The notes: a model not told the origin generated them from the sequence alone. DNA of 64,000 nt from Gemmatimonadota bacterium (GCA_038153405.1 JAYOYH010000003.1:98460-162459); one strand, 5' to 3'; counted from the first letter of the stretch, positions 10,347 to 20,899 are shown. Numbers and translations are program-made.

Positions 10347-12125
10347 TTACGGGGAAGACGCGGATTGGGCGTAACTGGCCAATTTCTCCGCGTTAATGCC
10401 CCAGTCACCTGCATACTGGCTGCGCAACTGGGATGTCAGCGATTCGACGCGCTGCTGCTGTTTGGCCTGACGGGCATAAAAGTCTGCCTTTTCTCTGCTC
10501 GCCTCAAAGGTCTGCACTCTCTCCGGCAAGCGCTCTAACACCATAAAAATGGAGTAGGCCGTTTTCAACGTGCGCGGCTCCCGCAGCGACGAGGGAATGG
10601 GCTCTTTTAACTCAATGGGCCCCAATAGCTCGTTTAGCGGGGCATTTACAGCCGCATCCATCAGCTCTTTGTAGACTATCCGCTCAAATGCGCGCATGGC
10701 AAAGAGCCCGCCATTCTCATCGGCGTAGCGGCGGATGCTATGGCGGGTGGCCAAATCGGCCATATCCGCTCCCTGGCGAATTTGCTGCAACAGCTCTTCG
10801 GCCTGCGCCCGTTGGGCAACCATGATTTCTTGGAAGACGATTTCCTCGGGAATTTTATAGCGTTCGGGGTGGGCATCGTAGTGGGCACGGGCATCCGCTT
10901 CGTCAACTTCAATGGCCCTTTCCATTTCTTCTTTCCACCACTTCTCCAGTAGTTTTCGCTCGCGCTGGCTCTGGACGGTGCTCCGCACGGCGGGATGTTC
11001 GGCAAAGCCTTCCCGGCGTGCGATCTCGACCAGCATCAGGTCGGGGGCCGCCTTCGTGCGCATGCGCTCATCGACCTGCGCGCTGTCTACAGTGGCGGAA
11101 CCCAAGCGCGTATTGATCAGCACGTACATGGCCTGCTCTAAGGTTATTTGGCCACCGTCGAATACATACAGCGGTGCGGCAAAGAGCTCTGGCGTCAAAT
11201 CGGGACTGCCCGGCGATGCGTTCCACGCGTTCAGGAAGCGATGCAAATTCTCTGTATTGACGCGCAGGTGTAAGCGATGCTGCAGGCTGTCGATATGCGC
11301 CCGTTTGAGCCGGTTGAACTTGTCCATCATTGTAGAGCGCTGGATCACGGTTCGGTACTTCTCGTAGGGCAACAGCTTCTTGTCTACGACTTTGGCCAAC
11401 TCCCAACCCTGCGCCGTGCGGAAGGGTTCGCTGACGTGCCCAATGTCCATCGAAAACACTTGTCGATAGACTTGGTCGGAAACGCGATCGAAAGCGTAGT
11501 ACGTATCAAAAGCACCGCCATTATCCGCCGTGCTGTCATCGAGCGAATAGGCCTGCGCCAATTCCTCAAACGAGCGCTGTCCCGAAGTAATCAGGGCGTA
11601 CAGCGAATCCGCTAGGGTTCGCGAGGCCACTAGGATGTGCGCACCGCGCACGGCAAAGCGCGCGGGATGAGAGGCAAAGCTCGCGCGCAGTTCGTCTTCG
11701 GTTATCAGGATATTCTGCCCTACCGTCTGATGCAGGTAGGTTTCGACCATCGTCTTTTGCTCGATCAAGCGCAGCGATTCCTTTAAAGCAGGATCGTCAC
11801 CCAGACCGCTGCGCTCCGCTTCGCGTATGATTAGCTTTTCGTCAATAAGGCTCAGCAGATGGTCTCGGTGGCGCTGGACGCCTTCAGCCGCCGACTTGTG
11901 CACGGGCTGAATTTGCGCCTCGTACTCGCGCAGCTGGTGCGCTTCAATGGGCCCGTCGCCAACGACGGCCAGCGCATCATCCGGCACAATTTTACGGCCT
12001 GCAACCGGTGCTGCCTGCTGCGCCGATTCCCGCCCTTGCTCTGCGCAGCCGGCATACAGCAGGCCGACCAGCACAAACCCCGCCGCAAGCACCGCTCGGT
12101 GTACTTTACCCACTCTGAACATCAT
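10347..12125 (-). CDS. PpiC/parvulin-type peptidyl-prolyl isomerase lipoprotein (SurA/PrsA-like, two rotamase domains)
   Basis: Lipobox LYAGC; HILV...SFEELAQAYSLD...NGG and EIMV...MADLATRHSI...ENGG rotamase motifs; ATGA overlap with the upstream TPR gene. Confidence 0.85.
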   Translation of the reverse strand: MMFRVGKVHRAVLAAGFVLVGLLYAGCAEQGRESAQQAAPVAGRKIVPDDALAVVGDGPIEAHQLREYEAQIQPVHKSAAEGVQRHRDHLLSLIDEKLIIREAERSGLGDDPALKESLRLIEQKTMVETYLHQTVGQNILITEDELRASFASHPARFAVRGAHILVASRTLADSLYALITSGQRSFEELAQAYSLDDSTADNGGAFDTYYAFDRVSDQVYRQVFSMDIGHVSEPFRTAQGWELAKVVDKKLLPYEKYRTVIQRSTMMDKFNRLKRAHIDSLQHRLHLRVNTENLHRFLNAWNASPGSPDLTPELFAAPLYVFDGGQITLEQAMYVLINTRLGSATVDSAQVDERMRTKAAPDLMLVEIARREGFAEHPAVRSTVQSQRERKLLEKWWKEEMERAIEVDEADARAHYDAHPERYKIPEEIVFQEIMVAQRAQAEELLQQIRQGADMADLATRHSIRRYADENGGLFAMRAFERIVYKELMDAAVNAPLNELLGPIELKEPIPSSLREPRTLKTAYSIFMVLERLPERVQTFEASREKADFYARQAKQQQRVESLTSQLRSQYAGDWGINAEKLASYAQSASSP

Positions 12126-13540
12126 TGATTTTCCCCTTTCAACTGGCGCGCTTTATTTCTGTGCTGCTCGCTGAGCGCGACTTCTCCTATCTGTTTGTAC
12201 GCTTCGGCCAATCCGAGGTGGGCCGGTGCCCAGGTTTGATCGAGAGAGATCGCCCTTTGGAGCGCGGCAACGGCCTCATCGGTGCGCTGCTGACTGAGAT
12301 AGACCTGGGCCAGCAGCGTCATGGCCGGCACGTGTTGGGCATCGGTCTTCAGTATTTGCTCATAGGCGGCAGCGGCCTGGTCCAAATGGCCGGTGCGGAA
12401 ATAGATATTGCCCATGTTGTTGAGCGCCTGCAGGTTGTCTGGGTTCACCGTTACGGCGCGCACGTAGTGGGGCAGCGCCACGCCGGTAAAACCTAGACGT
12501 CCGTAAATATAACCCAGATTGTAATGCGCTTCGCCGTCGTCTGGGTCGCTGCGCACGCGTTCCTGAAAGTATTCGATCTCCTTTTCAAAGCTCTTTATTT
12601 TTTCGTACGCCTCCAGCGACTTTTGCCCGGCACTTTCGCGGCCTTGCCGCAGGTAAATCTGCCCCAGCATGCGAAAGGATTCTGCGATGCCGGGTTCGAT
12701 AAGTATGGTTCTCCGCAGGCGTTCGGCAGCAGCGGCCAGGTCGTTATGACGCATATCGAGCCGAGCGATTTGCACGTGGGCCTGCGCATAGGTGGTGTCG
12801 ATGGCCAGCGTCTTTTCGAATTGGGCGCGCGCCGCCGCATCGTCACCACTATTTAGCAGCGCTTCACCCAGCGCATAGAGGGCGCGAGCGTGCTGTGGAT
12901 TGCCTGCGATAACTTGTTGCAAGTGCGACTTAGCTTGGTCATACTGACCTAGGTGTACGTTTACTAACCCAAGATTAAAGCGCGTATTTTCGTCGTCCGG
13001 TGCCAGTTCCAGCGCACGTCCATATTCGCGCGCCGAATCGGCCAAGCGGCCCTGCTTACTGTATACGGCAGCCAAATTGCGACGGGCGGCGACGTAGGTC
13101 GAGTCGAGGTTTAAGGCAGCGCGAAAAGCGGATTCGGCTTCGTCAAAGCGGTTGAACTTCAGATGAAAAATACCCAGCCCAACCTGCAGAGATGGGTTGT
13201 GCGGTTCGAGCGCAACGGCCATGGCATAGAGTTCACCCGCTTTGTCAACATCGCCCAGCGCCAAATGAGTGCGCCCCAAACCAATCAACACCTCGCCCGA
13301 CTGTGGGTTTTGCCGGCGCGCTTCTTCAAACGCGGCAAGCGCATCGCGGTACTTACTCTGAGCAAGCAGGGCACGCGCGCGCAGGCGCGGATCGCGCATG
13401 GCCGTCTCGACATCGGCCTGCGGCCGTTTTAGCTGCTGAATATCGCGCTCTTCCAGTGCAACAGTCGGCTCTCGCTGCTCGACATCGCTCTGGCCGCACG
13501 CCATGAACAATGCGGCACTACACAGTATCCAATGCTTCAC
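12122..13540 (-). CDS. Tetratricopeptide-repeat lipoprotein
   Basis: Lipobox LFMAC; many TPR repeats (e.g. AHYNLGYIY, ALNNMGNIY); GTGA overlap. Confidence 0.88.
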   Translation of the reverse strand: MKHWILCSAALFMACGQSDVEQREPTVALEERDIQQLKRPQADVETAMRDPRLRARALLAQSKYRDALAAFEEARRQNPQSGEVLIGLGRTHLALGDVDKAGELYAMAVALEPHNPSLQVGLGIFHLKFNRFDEAESAFRAALNLDSTYVAARRNLAAVYSKQGRLADSAREYGRALELAPDDENTRFNLGLVNVHLGQYDQAKSHLQQVIAGNPQHARALYALGEALLNSGDDAAARAQFEKTLAIDTTYAQAHVQIARLDMRHNDLAAAAERLRRTILIEPGIAESFRMLGQIYLRQGRESAGQKSLEAYEKIKSFEKEIEYFQERVRSDPDDGEAHYNLGYIYGRLGFTGVALPHYVRAVTVNPDNLQALNNMGNIYFRTGHLDQAAAAYEQILKTDAQHVPAMTLLAQVYLSQQRTDEAVAALQRAISLDQTWAPAHLGLAEAYKQIGEVALSEQHRNKARQLKGENQ

Positions 13541-15177
13541 GGGACGTCACTCTCCTCGATTGTCACGTACTGATTTGCCGTTATATCGTCGAGCGATTGC
13601 CGCTGTCCCGAAGGCCAGCGTACCTCAACGCGCTCTGCGCCAATCGCATCGCCCAATCCAAAGAGCAGGCGAGCATCGTGAGACGATAGATAGCTTCCAC
13701 CCGCTCGCCGCTCGCGCAGCTGTCTCTTGCCCCCGACCCAGACCTCCACAACGGCGCCAACGGCATCGCGATTGCTTCCTCGCCCTACCAGTTGAATGCC
13801 CAGCCAGCCCTGCGCATGGCCCCCGTCGTTGCGCAGCAGCGCAGCCGGACCAGCCGAGTTATTGATGGCAATATCGGCATCGCCGTCGTTGTCTATATCG
13901 CCAAACGCCGCTCCGCGACTCACCTGTAGCAGCTCAAAGCCGGGACCGGCTGCCGCATTCTCCACAAAGCGTCCCTGCCCGTCGTTGTCCAACAATTGGT
14001 TGCGCTGAGGGTAGGTGCTGGCGTGATCGATTTTTTCGACGTTGTCGTAGACGTGCCCATTGGCCACGAATATATCCAGATCGCCGTCGCCATCGTAGTC
14101 GAGAAAACCAGTGCCAAAGCCCAAATACGCCATGCTCGCCTTCTGCACGCCGCTGGCTACGGTAGCATCAATAAAAAAGCCGCTGCCGGCGTTGCGGTAG
14201 AGCGTATTGCTCTCCCACTGAAAATTCGTTACAAAAAAATCCTGCAAGCCATCGCCGTCTACATCGCCCAAGTCGACGCCCATGCCCGCTTCGACGCCGC
14301 CCTCGTCGTTGAGACTAGTGCCGCTGGCAAGGCCGCGTTCGACAAAGTGTGAACCGTCGTTGCGATAGAGCATATTGGGCGTCATATCGTTGGCTAAGTA
14401 GAGGTCGACATCGCCGTCGCCATCGGAGTCGCCCAGGATAACGCCGAGCTCTTTGCCGTCCGTGCTGTGCAAGCCCCACTCGCGCGTGCCATCGCGCCAG
14501 GTCCAATTCGCTTCGGCTCCGCCGTTGATGTAGAGGCGATCGACCTGACCGAAGAACTTGCGCGGGTCGCAGTAGAGTCGCTCATCGCTGTTGCCCACCC
14601 AGCAGTTGACCAGATCGGCTCCGAGTGGGTACTCGACGTAGTTGCCCACAAAAAGGTCCAAGTCCCCGTCCGAGTCGACGTCGGCAAAAGCCGCGCTAGT
14701 GCCCCAACCGGCATCGTCGACGCCCTGTGATGCATCGACAAACGAACCATTGGCGCCATTTCTATAGAGGACATTGGCGCCAAAATTAGAAACGTAGAGG
14801 TCGGGATACCCATCGGCGTCGTAGTCCCCCACTACGGCTCCCATGCCGTAGCCGACGTCGTCAACCCCCGCCCGACTGGCAATCTCTACAAAGCGATTGG
14901 CGCCCTCGTTGCGGTAGAGCGCATTAGGTGCCAAGGGGGCCTGCGTCAATCCGGGGATGCGGCCGCCGTTGACCCAGTACAAGTCGAGCATGCCATCGAC
15001 ATCGAAATCGATACAGGCCACACCCGAACCATAGGTTTCGGGCAGGTAGCGCATGCCTTCGGCGCCGTTCTGGTGTAGAAAAGAGACGCCGGCCTCTGCG
15101 GCTATATCGACGAATTGCACCTGTCCAAATGCACTGCCAACAAACAGGCAAAGCCACGCTAAAGAGCGCGCCATCAT
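13537..15177 (-). CDS. CRTAC1-family protein (FG-GAP repeats + ASPIC/UnbV domain)
   Basis: Repeated DxDxDGxxDL motifs, EAGMGVD, SRGAAFGD, C-terminal GGSYLSSHDARLLFGLG...VEVRWPSG. Confidence 0.9.
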   Translation of the reverse strand: MMARSLAWLCLFVGSAFGQVQFVDIAAEAGVSFLHQNGAEGMRYLPETYGSGVACIDFDVDGMLDLYWVNGGRIPGLTQAPLAPNALYRNEGANRFVEIASRAGVDDVGYGMGAVVGDYDADGYPDLYVSNFGANVLYRNGANGSFVDASQGVDDAGWGTSAAFADVDSDGDLDLFVGNYVEYPLGADLVNCWVGNSDERLYCDPRKFFGQVDRLYINGGAEANWTWRDGTREWGLHSTDGKELGVILGDSDGDGDVDLYLANDMTPNMLYRNDGSHFVERGLASGTSLNDEGGVEAGMGVDLGDVDGDGLQDFFVTNFQWESNTLYRNAGSGFFIDATVASGVQKASMAYLGFGTGFLDYDGDGDLDIFVANGHVYDNVEKIDHASTYPQRNQLLDNDGQGRFVENAAAGPGFELLQVSRGAAFGDIDNDGDADIAINNSAGPAALLRNDGGHAQGWLGIQLVGRGSNRDAVGAVVEVWVGGKRQLRERRAGGSYLSSHDARLLFGLGDAIGAERVEVRWPSGQRQSLDDITANQYVTIEESDVP

Positions 15178-16895
15178 GGCCCATCACCGGCGGCTGGTTC
15201 GACGCCGCCGCGGCCGGGCTCAATAGAGAGGATCTGGTTGGCCTGCACGTCGCGCAATACCTCGCGCCGACCGTCGGGCCAGCGCACCGTCAGTCGATCG
15301 ACGCGCTCGGCCTTGCCCAAGCCAAAGTGCAGCCGCATATCGTCCTGCGATATATAGCCCGTTCCCGAACGCACCTCGCGCAGTTGCGTGCGCCCCCCCA
15401 CTTCAGCCACGACGCGCGCTCCCACCGCCTGCCTATTGTCGCCGTCGCCAAGCAAGCGCACCATGAGCCAATTGTTGTCGTTGCCGCCGTCGTTGCGCAG
15501 GACGGTAGGCTCATCGTCGATATTGACGACGACGATGTCGAGATCGCCGTCGTTGTCCAAATCGCCAACGGCGTGACCCCGGCTCGATTTTTCCACGGCA
15601 AACCCCGGTCCCCGTCCCTTCCCGACCTCAGTAAAGGCCCCCGCCCGGTTTTCAAAGAGCTGGTTGCGCTGGGCGTAGGCCGTGCCGATATCGTGGCGAT
15701 CGACGGCCGGATAGACGTGGCCGTTTGCTACGAATAAATCGTCGTCGCCGTCGTTATCGTAATCGAAAAAACCGGTCCCCCAGCCCAGATAGGTAATGCT
15801 TTCTTTGCCCAGAGACGTCGTAAAGCTGGCATCGGTAAAAAAACCGCGGCCGTTGTTTTGATAGAGCGTATTGTTATCGTGGGAAAAGTTGGTAACAAAG
15901 AGATCGAGATCGCCGTCGCCGTCGTAGTCGCCGCTGGCCAACCCCATGCCCCCCTGCTCTCTGCCGTCCTCGCTGTAAGCGGACGCCGTTATCAGCGCGA
16001 CATCGCTAAAGCGACCGCCGTCGTTGCGATAGAGCGAATTGGGCGTCGAATCGTTGGCGATGTATATATCCAGATCGCCGTCGTTGTCGTAATCGCCGGC
16101 CAGCGCGGCAAAGCCGTAGTAGTCGTGCGGCTCTAACCCAAATTCTTCACTGGCATCGACAAAGTGCCAACCGCTTTCCCGCCCGTCGTTGCGATAGAGT
16201 CGATCGGGCTCGCCCGGCATACCGCGCGGACCGTAAAAGACATTTATCCCGCGCCAATTGCAGAAGCTCATGTCGGCAGGCACGTACTCTGGATCGAAAT
16301 CTATGTAGTTGGTCAGATAGAAATCGAGGTCGCCATCGCCGTCGTAATCGCCAAAGGTCGCCGCTGAACTCCAGCCGGGAAAGTCTACTCCCACTTGGGC
16401 GGCGACGTCGCGAAACGTGCCGTCGCCCATATTTTGGTAGAGCGCGTTGGGGCCGTAATTAGACAGATACACATCGCTGTGGCCATCGGCGTTAAAGTCG
16501 ACGACGGTGACGCCCATGCCCCAACCGATATGGGCAATGCCCGCCTTTTCTGCAACGTCGACAAAGCGCCAGTCTCCCTCGTTGCGAAACAGCGCCGCGC
16601 GCGGTTCCCGGCCAGCGGGATAGCCCTGCAAGCGCGAACCATTGACCATAAAAAGGTCCAGATCGCCGTCGCCGTCGTAATCAAAAAGGGCGGTGCCACC
16701 CGTATTGCACTCGACGATATGTTCTTTTTCCGGCGTGCCAGAAACCATTCTGTGAACGATGCCCACTTCGACTGCCACGTCGTAAAACTGCGGACCGGTT
16801 CCTATTTCCGTTCCCGAATCGGTCTTCTCTTCAGCACATCCGATTGCCAACAACAATAGCGCCACACCGCCAATCCGCGCATTCCATCGCATCAC
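15174..16895 (-). CDS. CRTAC1-family lipoprotein (FG-GAP + ASPIC/UnbV)
   Basis: Lipobox LAIGC; DYDGDGDLDL repeats; GTGYISQDDMRLHFGLG...VRWPDG. Start is GTG 16895 or ATG 16892. Confidence 0.9.
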   Translation of the reverse strand: MMRWNARIGGVALLLLAIGCAEEKTDSGTEIGTGPQFYDVAVEVGIVHRMVSGTPEKEHIVECNTGGTALFDYDGDGDLDLFMVNGSRLQGYPAGREPRAALFRNEGDWRFVDVAEKAGIAHIGWGMGVTVVDFNADGHSDVYLSNYGPNALYQNMGDGTFRDVAAQVGVDFPGWSSAATFGDYDGDGDLDFYLTNYIDFDPEYVPADMSFCNWRGINVFYGPRGMPGEPDRLYRNDGRESGWHFVDASEEFGLEPHDYYGFAALAGDYDNDGDLDIYIANDSTPNSLYRNDGGRFSDVALITASAYSEDGREQGGMGLASGDYDGDGDLDLFVTNFSHDNNTLYQNNGRGFFTDASFTTSLGKESITYLGWGTGFFDYDNDGDDDLFVANGHVYPAVDRHDIGTAYAQRNQLFENRAGAFTEVGKGRGPGFAVEKSSRGHAVGDLDNDGDLDIVVVNIDDEPTVLRNDGGNDNNWLMVRLLGDGDNRQAVGARVVAEVGGRTQLREVRSGTGYISQDDMRLHFGLGKAERVDRLTVRWPDGRREVLRDVQANQILSIEPGRGGVEPAAGDGP

Positions 16896-18151
16896 TGAAT
16901 TCCCTTCCCTGCAATCTCCACTGCGCGCTGACGCGCCGACCTACCCGCTTCAATTTGTCCCTGCTGTATGAGTGCCGTGCCCAACCCGTGCAGCGCTTCG
17001 GCCAGAGTATCATCCGTGACCAATGCACTTCGAAATGCGGCTTCGGCCAGAGCGTATTCTCCCCGCACCAGATAGCTATTTCCCCTGTTTTTATGCGCAA
17101 GGCCGTAGTCGGGTTTGAGGGCAACCGCTTTGTTAAAATGGTTTAGGGCTTCTTCGTGCTGACCCTTTAGCGAAAAGACAACGCCGAGATTGTGCTGGGC
17201 TTCTGCATACGTCGAATCGGCCGTTACTGCCGCACCAAACTGCGCCAGTGCCCCATCCCACTGTTCTCGCCTTAGGTAGACCAACCCCAGATTGAAGTGG
17301 CCCGCCGCTCGCTCCGCTTCCGCTAGCGGTCGACTTCCGCGATAGAGCAGTCGCCGATAGTGATCCTCGTCCATATCAGAGCTGCTCAACCGCTGGAATA
17401 GTTCGATCATCTGCTGCCCCTCGTCAACGCGACCGGTGCGCGCATAGAGCGTCCCCAGACTATAATAGGCTTCGGTGTAGGATGGATCGGCCTCGATCGT
17501 TTGTTCCATAGCGGCAATCGCCTTGGTATCGTTCTGGCGCCGCAGATAGATCAGCGCCAAATAATAGTGGGCATGGGCGCTGCTCGGATCGAGATCAATC
17601 GATTGTTTCAACGCCGTTTCTGCGCGATCGTTTTCCCCACGAGAACAGAGAATAAACCCCTCGACAAAATGTCCGTAGGCATTGCCTGGGGCTAACGCCA
17701 AACCGCGCTCGGCAGCCTGCAGCGCTTCGTCGAATCCGTCGCCGCGCTCGTTGTAGAGCAGAGCCAACGCCCAGTGGGCATCTGCCAAGCCGGGTGCCAG
17801 TTGGAGAGCTCGCTTAAAAGAGGCGATGGCCTCCGTCTTCAGGTGTTCCTTTGCCTGGGCCACTCCCAGGTAAAAATGGGCATCGGGATCTTCGGGCAAC
17901 CGTTCGACCAAACGCGCAAACACCTCGCGTGCCGCGCGGGTACGACCCTCTTGGAGATAGAGCCAACCCAATTCATACTGGGACGGCGACGGACCGGACG
18001 AACGGCTTTTTTCGTACTCCTCCAGCGCCGCCGTTGGCCTGATCGGCCTCAGTTCATAAGGCGCTTCCGCCGAGCAGCCAATGATCCAACAGGTCGCTAA
18101 TCCAACCAGCAGATAGGCATAGGTATAGAGCGATAAATTGCGTTTTCTCAT
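16892..18151 (-). CDS. Tetratricopeptide-repeat protein, probable lipoprotein
   Basis: Start moved to ATG 18151 (MRKRNLSL..., hydrophobic stretch, WIIGC) because the longer ORF runs through a terminator hairpin; multiple TPRs. Confidence 0.82.
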   Translation of the reverse strand: MRKRNLSLYTYAYLLVGLATCWIIGCSAEAPYELRPIRPTAALEEYEKSRSSGPSPSQYELGWLYLQEGRTRAAREVFARLVERLPEDPDAHFYLGVAQAKEHLKTEAIASFKRALQLAPGLADAHWALALLYNERGDGFDEALQAAERGLALAPGNAYGHFVEGFILCSRGENDRAETALKQSIDLDPSSAHAHYYLALIYLRRQNDTKAIAAMEQTIEADPSYTEAYYSLGTLYARTGRVDEGQQMIELFQRLSSSDMDEDHYRRLLYRGSRPLAEAERAAGHFNLGLVYLRREQWDGALAQFGAAVTADSTYAEAQHNLGVVFSLKGQHEEALNHFNKAVALKPDYGLAHKNRGNSYLVRGEYALAEAAFRSALVTDDTLAEALHGLGTALIQQGQIEAGRSARQRAVEIAGKGIQ

Positions 18152-18179
18152 CAAGTAGAAAATACTCGCTATTGGCCGA

Positions 18180-18227
18180 CAGACAACAACAAGCGTCCGA
18201 CCTCCCCGAGAGGAGGCCGGACGCTTG
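18180..18227 (-). terminator. Intrinsic terminator-like hairpin after the putative beta-barrel gene
   Basis: Minus strand CAAGCGTCCG-G-CCTCC-tctcgg-GGAGG-T-CGGACGCTTG then TTGTTGTCT; 16-bp stem with one G-U pair. Confidence 0.7.
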
Positions 18228-18265
18228 CGCAAGGTATGGCTAATGGGTGAAGATTAGCGGAAGGT

Positions 18266-20899
18266 CTACTGCTGCAAACCGGCGAAGACGCGGATGAAAA
18301 CAATCGAGTTCGTCTCCGTTGCTTCTGCAAAAGCGCGCCGCTCCCAACGGAAACCGGTATTCATTGTCAGCGAGTAGCCTAAGTATGCCGACTGATTCGA
18401 CAATTGGAACGCCAACACAGTACCGGTAAAATCGTCGACGTAGCCCGGAGGCAGGATCTCGGGACGCTCTTCCAGGTTGCGGAAAAGGTTCCATTCGACA
18501 CCGTATTCCAAGAAGGTCGTCGGCAGGATATAGTACTTGGAGGTCAGCATGTAAAACTGCGACCACTCCGAAATATCCAATTCCGTGCTGAAGGTCGGAT
18601 TGATTTTGCGGTAGATGCTCTTCCAACGCGGCCAGAACGAAAGATTGTCGGTAATCGGCAAGGGATAGTCGACCTTGTTGATTACGCCGAGAAAAAGGCG
18701 ATCGCTTTTCGCCTCGGCTTCGTCACCGCGCTGCTTAAAGAAGTCGTATTTGACCTTGTTGTATACGTTGAGATTCTTCAGGCGCAAATAATCCAAGGTC
18801 AAATAGCCGGTATAAACAAAGGTGTCCTGCGTAATAAGGGGATCGACCACTTCGGTAAATCCATCCGGATCGACCCACTGAATCACATCGTCGGCAATAT
18901 CGTCCTGGACGGAACGCACATATTGGAAAACGCGGGCGTCGATACCGGGCCAATTCCATCGCCCGGTGGCGATGGCGTAATTCATAGCGGCCGTGCGCTT
19001 GCTGCTGATCTCGTCCATGGCCGAACGGCCGACGGTCAGCTTGACGTGTTCGTTGAGAAATGCGCCGCCGTAGACGTTGTACCCATCGCGATCCTGTCGG
19101 TAGGGATAGTCAGCATAAACGTCGTTTTCAAAGCGGTCGATGACGTTGTTGTTGTTCATATCAACGCCAAAGAGGAACTCGGGTGGATCGACGTTATAGC
19201 GCAGAAACGGCTCGGCAAAATCGGGCAGGCCGTTAGAGTTCTGGTTAAAGTCAGAAATAAAGTCCGAGTTCTCATCGTATCCGGGAAAGACCTGAGGATC
19301 GGCTTGTCCACCGATGCCAAAGGGCGATTCACCGAAGGCAAAGTCGCCATTCTGCCACAGGCGCTTCCAGTCGGGAAAGCGATCCTGGTCATCGTTATCG
19401 TCGACCGCTTCAAACGTGTAGCGATCCGGCTGCTCGTAGTCGACAAAGCCGCGGGCATCCGTTATAAAGGCATTGGTTCGATATTCGGGCTCCATGCGGT
19501 AGAGTTCGCCGTAGGCAAACCAAGGATAAGCATCCTGTGAAGCGGTCAGGTAGTAGGCCATGCCCTCGTCTTCAGCCAGTTCGTGCTCCTGAAAGTTCTG
19601 GTTTGGAAAGCGGCGATAGTCGCGGCTCATCGCCACTTCCGAGCGCAGATTAAACCCTTTTACATCGTCAATATCGAAACTGAGACCGATGATGTCCTTG
19701 CCGGTAGGCAAGCCGTACTCAAAGCGGATAAAGCGCTGGTTCGAGCCGTCGCTGACGTTGCCGTGAGCGCGTTCGACCATCAGGAAAACCGGTTCGCCCT
19801 GACTGTTGACCTGCAAGTTGGAGGTAATATCGATGCGGTAGTCGTTGGCAATAACCAGTTCGAATTCGATTTTCTGAATTTCCTGGAACGTGGTTATCTG
19901 ATCATCGGGCTGCTGGCGGAAGTCGCGCGAAATATTGTACGTGAGTTCAAGCGTCTCGGCGCCGTCTGCTTCAATAACCCCGGCACGGCGGACCCCGCCG
20001 CGCGGCGAAGGAACGATTTCGGGGTGATCAACGCCGTTGATAATAATGCGCTCGGCAAAAAGCTGGGCACCGCCGTCGCCGTCCTCAGGAGAGTCGTCGG
20101 AAAGGCGCAAGACGATGGTCTCTACGTTACCGCCGTTCTGCGCCTCGGTCAGCACGCCCTTCAGCGAGTTGTCCCCCAATTTACGCCCCGTTGCAAAGTT
20201 CGATACGTTGAGGTAGGTCAGGCCAAGGTTAGAGAAATCGCCCAACTGAACTTTGGAATGGATGCCGAAGAGGTTGGTCATATCGCCGAGAATTTGCCCC
20301 GTTGAATTCTCAAACTGAATCCGCGTGCCCGGCGATGCAAGCCGCGAGGCGATGATCGTCGTCTGGTATTTGTCTGAGGCGAAATCCCACTGCAAGCCGT
20401 TAAAGGCCGGCTTGGAAAAGGTCAGCGGAGTAAGGGTCGAGCGAATGGCTTCGCCAATGGTCATCGACGAGTAGAACTGTCCTTTGGACATCGAGGAAAC
20501 GACCATATTGCTAAACCAAGAGGAGTACTTGGGCCCCTTGCGCACAATACTGCCCGACGTCGTCGGACTATCGATCGTCCAGTCAAAAATCTCAAAGCCA
20601 CGCGTTATATAGTTGCCGTACATGTCGTAGGTGCGAAAGCCTTCCAGTTCGGTCGACACGTAGCGCTCGTAATTTTCGCGGGCGTAGTTGCTGTATTCTT
20701 CACCGGTCCAGCGATAGAAGTTGTACAGGCTCTGGGGATATTGCCACTTTCTCACCGACGGCGTCATCGCCATATCGTAGACATCCACACCATGTGGCTC
20801 TCGCCCTGTGACGAAGCCGAGGCGCTGTGCGTATACGCTGTCGCCCAACAGGACGACACCGATAACGGCAACGTAAAAAGCGCGTAACAAACACCTCAC
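18266..20899 (-). CDS. Secreted hypothetical protein, putative outer-membrane beta-barrel with acidic Ca-binding-like insert
   Basis: GTG at 20899 with GGAGG RBS; signal peptide ending VYA-Q; alternating aromatic/hydrophobic beta-strand pattern in the C-terminal third, ending IVFIRVFAGLQQ; central DxNxxxxxD repeats. The barrel call is inference. Confidence 0.65.
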   Translation of the reverse strand: MRCLLRAFYVAVIGVVLLGDSVYAQRLGFVTGREPHGVDVYDMAMTPSVRKWQYPQSLYNFYRWTGEEYSNYARENYERYVSTELEGFRTYDMYGNYITRGFEIFDWTIDSPTTSGSIVRKGPKYSSWFSNMVVSSMSKGQFYSSMTIGEAIRSTLTPLTFSKPAFNGLQWDFASDKYQTTIIASRLASPGTRIQFENSTGQILGDMTNLFGIHSKVQLGDFSNLGLTYLNVSNFATGRKLGDNSLKGVLTEAQNGGNVETIVLRLSDDSPEDGDGGAQLFAERIIINGVDHPEIVPSPRGGVRRAGVIEADGAETLELTYNISRDFRQQPDDQITTFQEIQKIEFELVIANDYRIDITSNLQVNSQGEPVFLMVERAHGNVSDGSNQRFIRFEYGLPTGKDIIGLSFDIDDVKGFNLRSEVAMSRDYRRFPNQNFQEHELAEDEGMAYYLTASQDAYPWFAYGELYRMEPEYRTNAFITDARGFVDYEQPDRYTFEAVDDNDDQDRFPDWKRLWQNGDFAFGESPFGIGGQADPQVFPGYDENSDFISDFNQNSNGLPDFAEPFLRYNVDPPEFLFGVDMNNNNVIDRFENDVYADYPYRQDRDGYNVYGGAFLNEHVKLTVGRSAMDEISSKRTAAMNYAIATGRWNWPGIDARVFQYVRSVQDDIADDVIQWVDPDGFTEVVDPLITQDTFVYTGYLTLDYLRLKNLNVYNKVKYDFFKQRGDEAEAKSDRLFLGVINKVDYPLPITDNLSFWPRWKSIYRKINPTFSTELDISEWSQFYMLTSKYYILPTTFLEYGVEWNLFRNLEERPEILPPGYVDDFTGTVLAFQLSNQSAYLGYSLTMNTGFRWERRAFAEATETNSIVFIRVFAGLQQ

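Noticed and set aside
13537..16895. Repeated GTCGCCGTCG-like DNA motifs as a repeat array
   Set aside because: They encode the DxDxDG FG-GAP motifs and are irregularly spaced.
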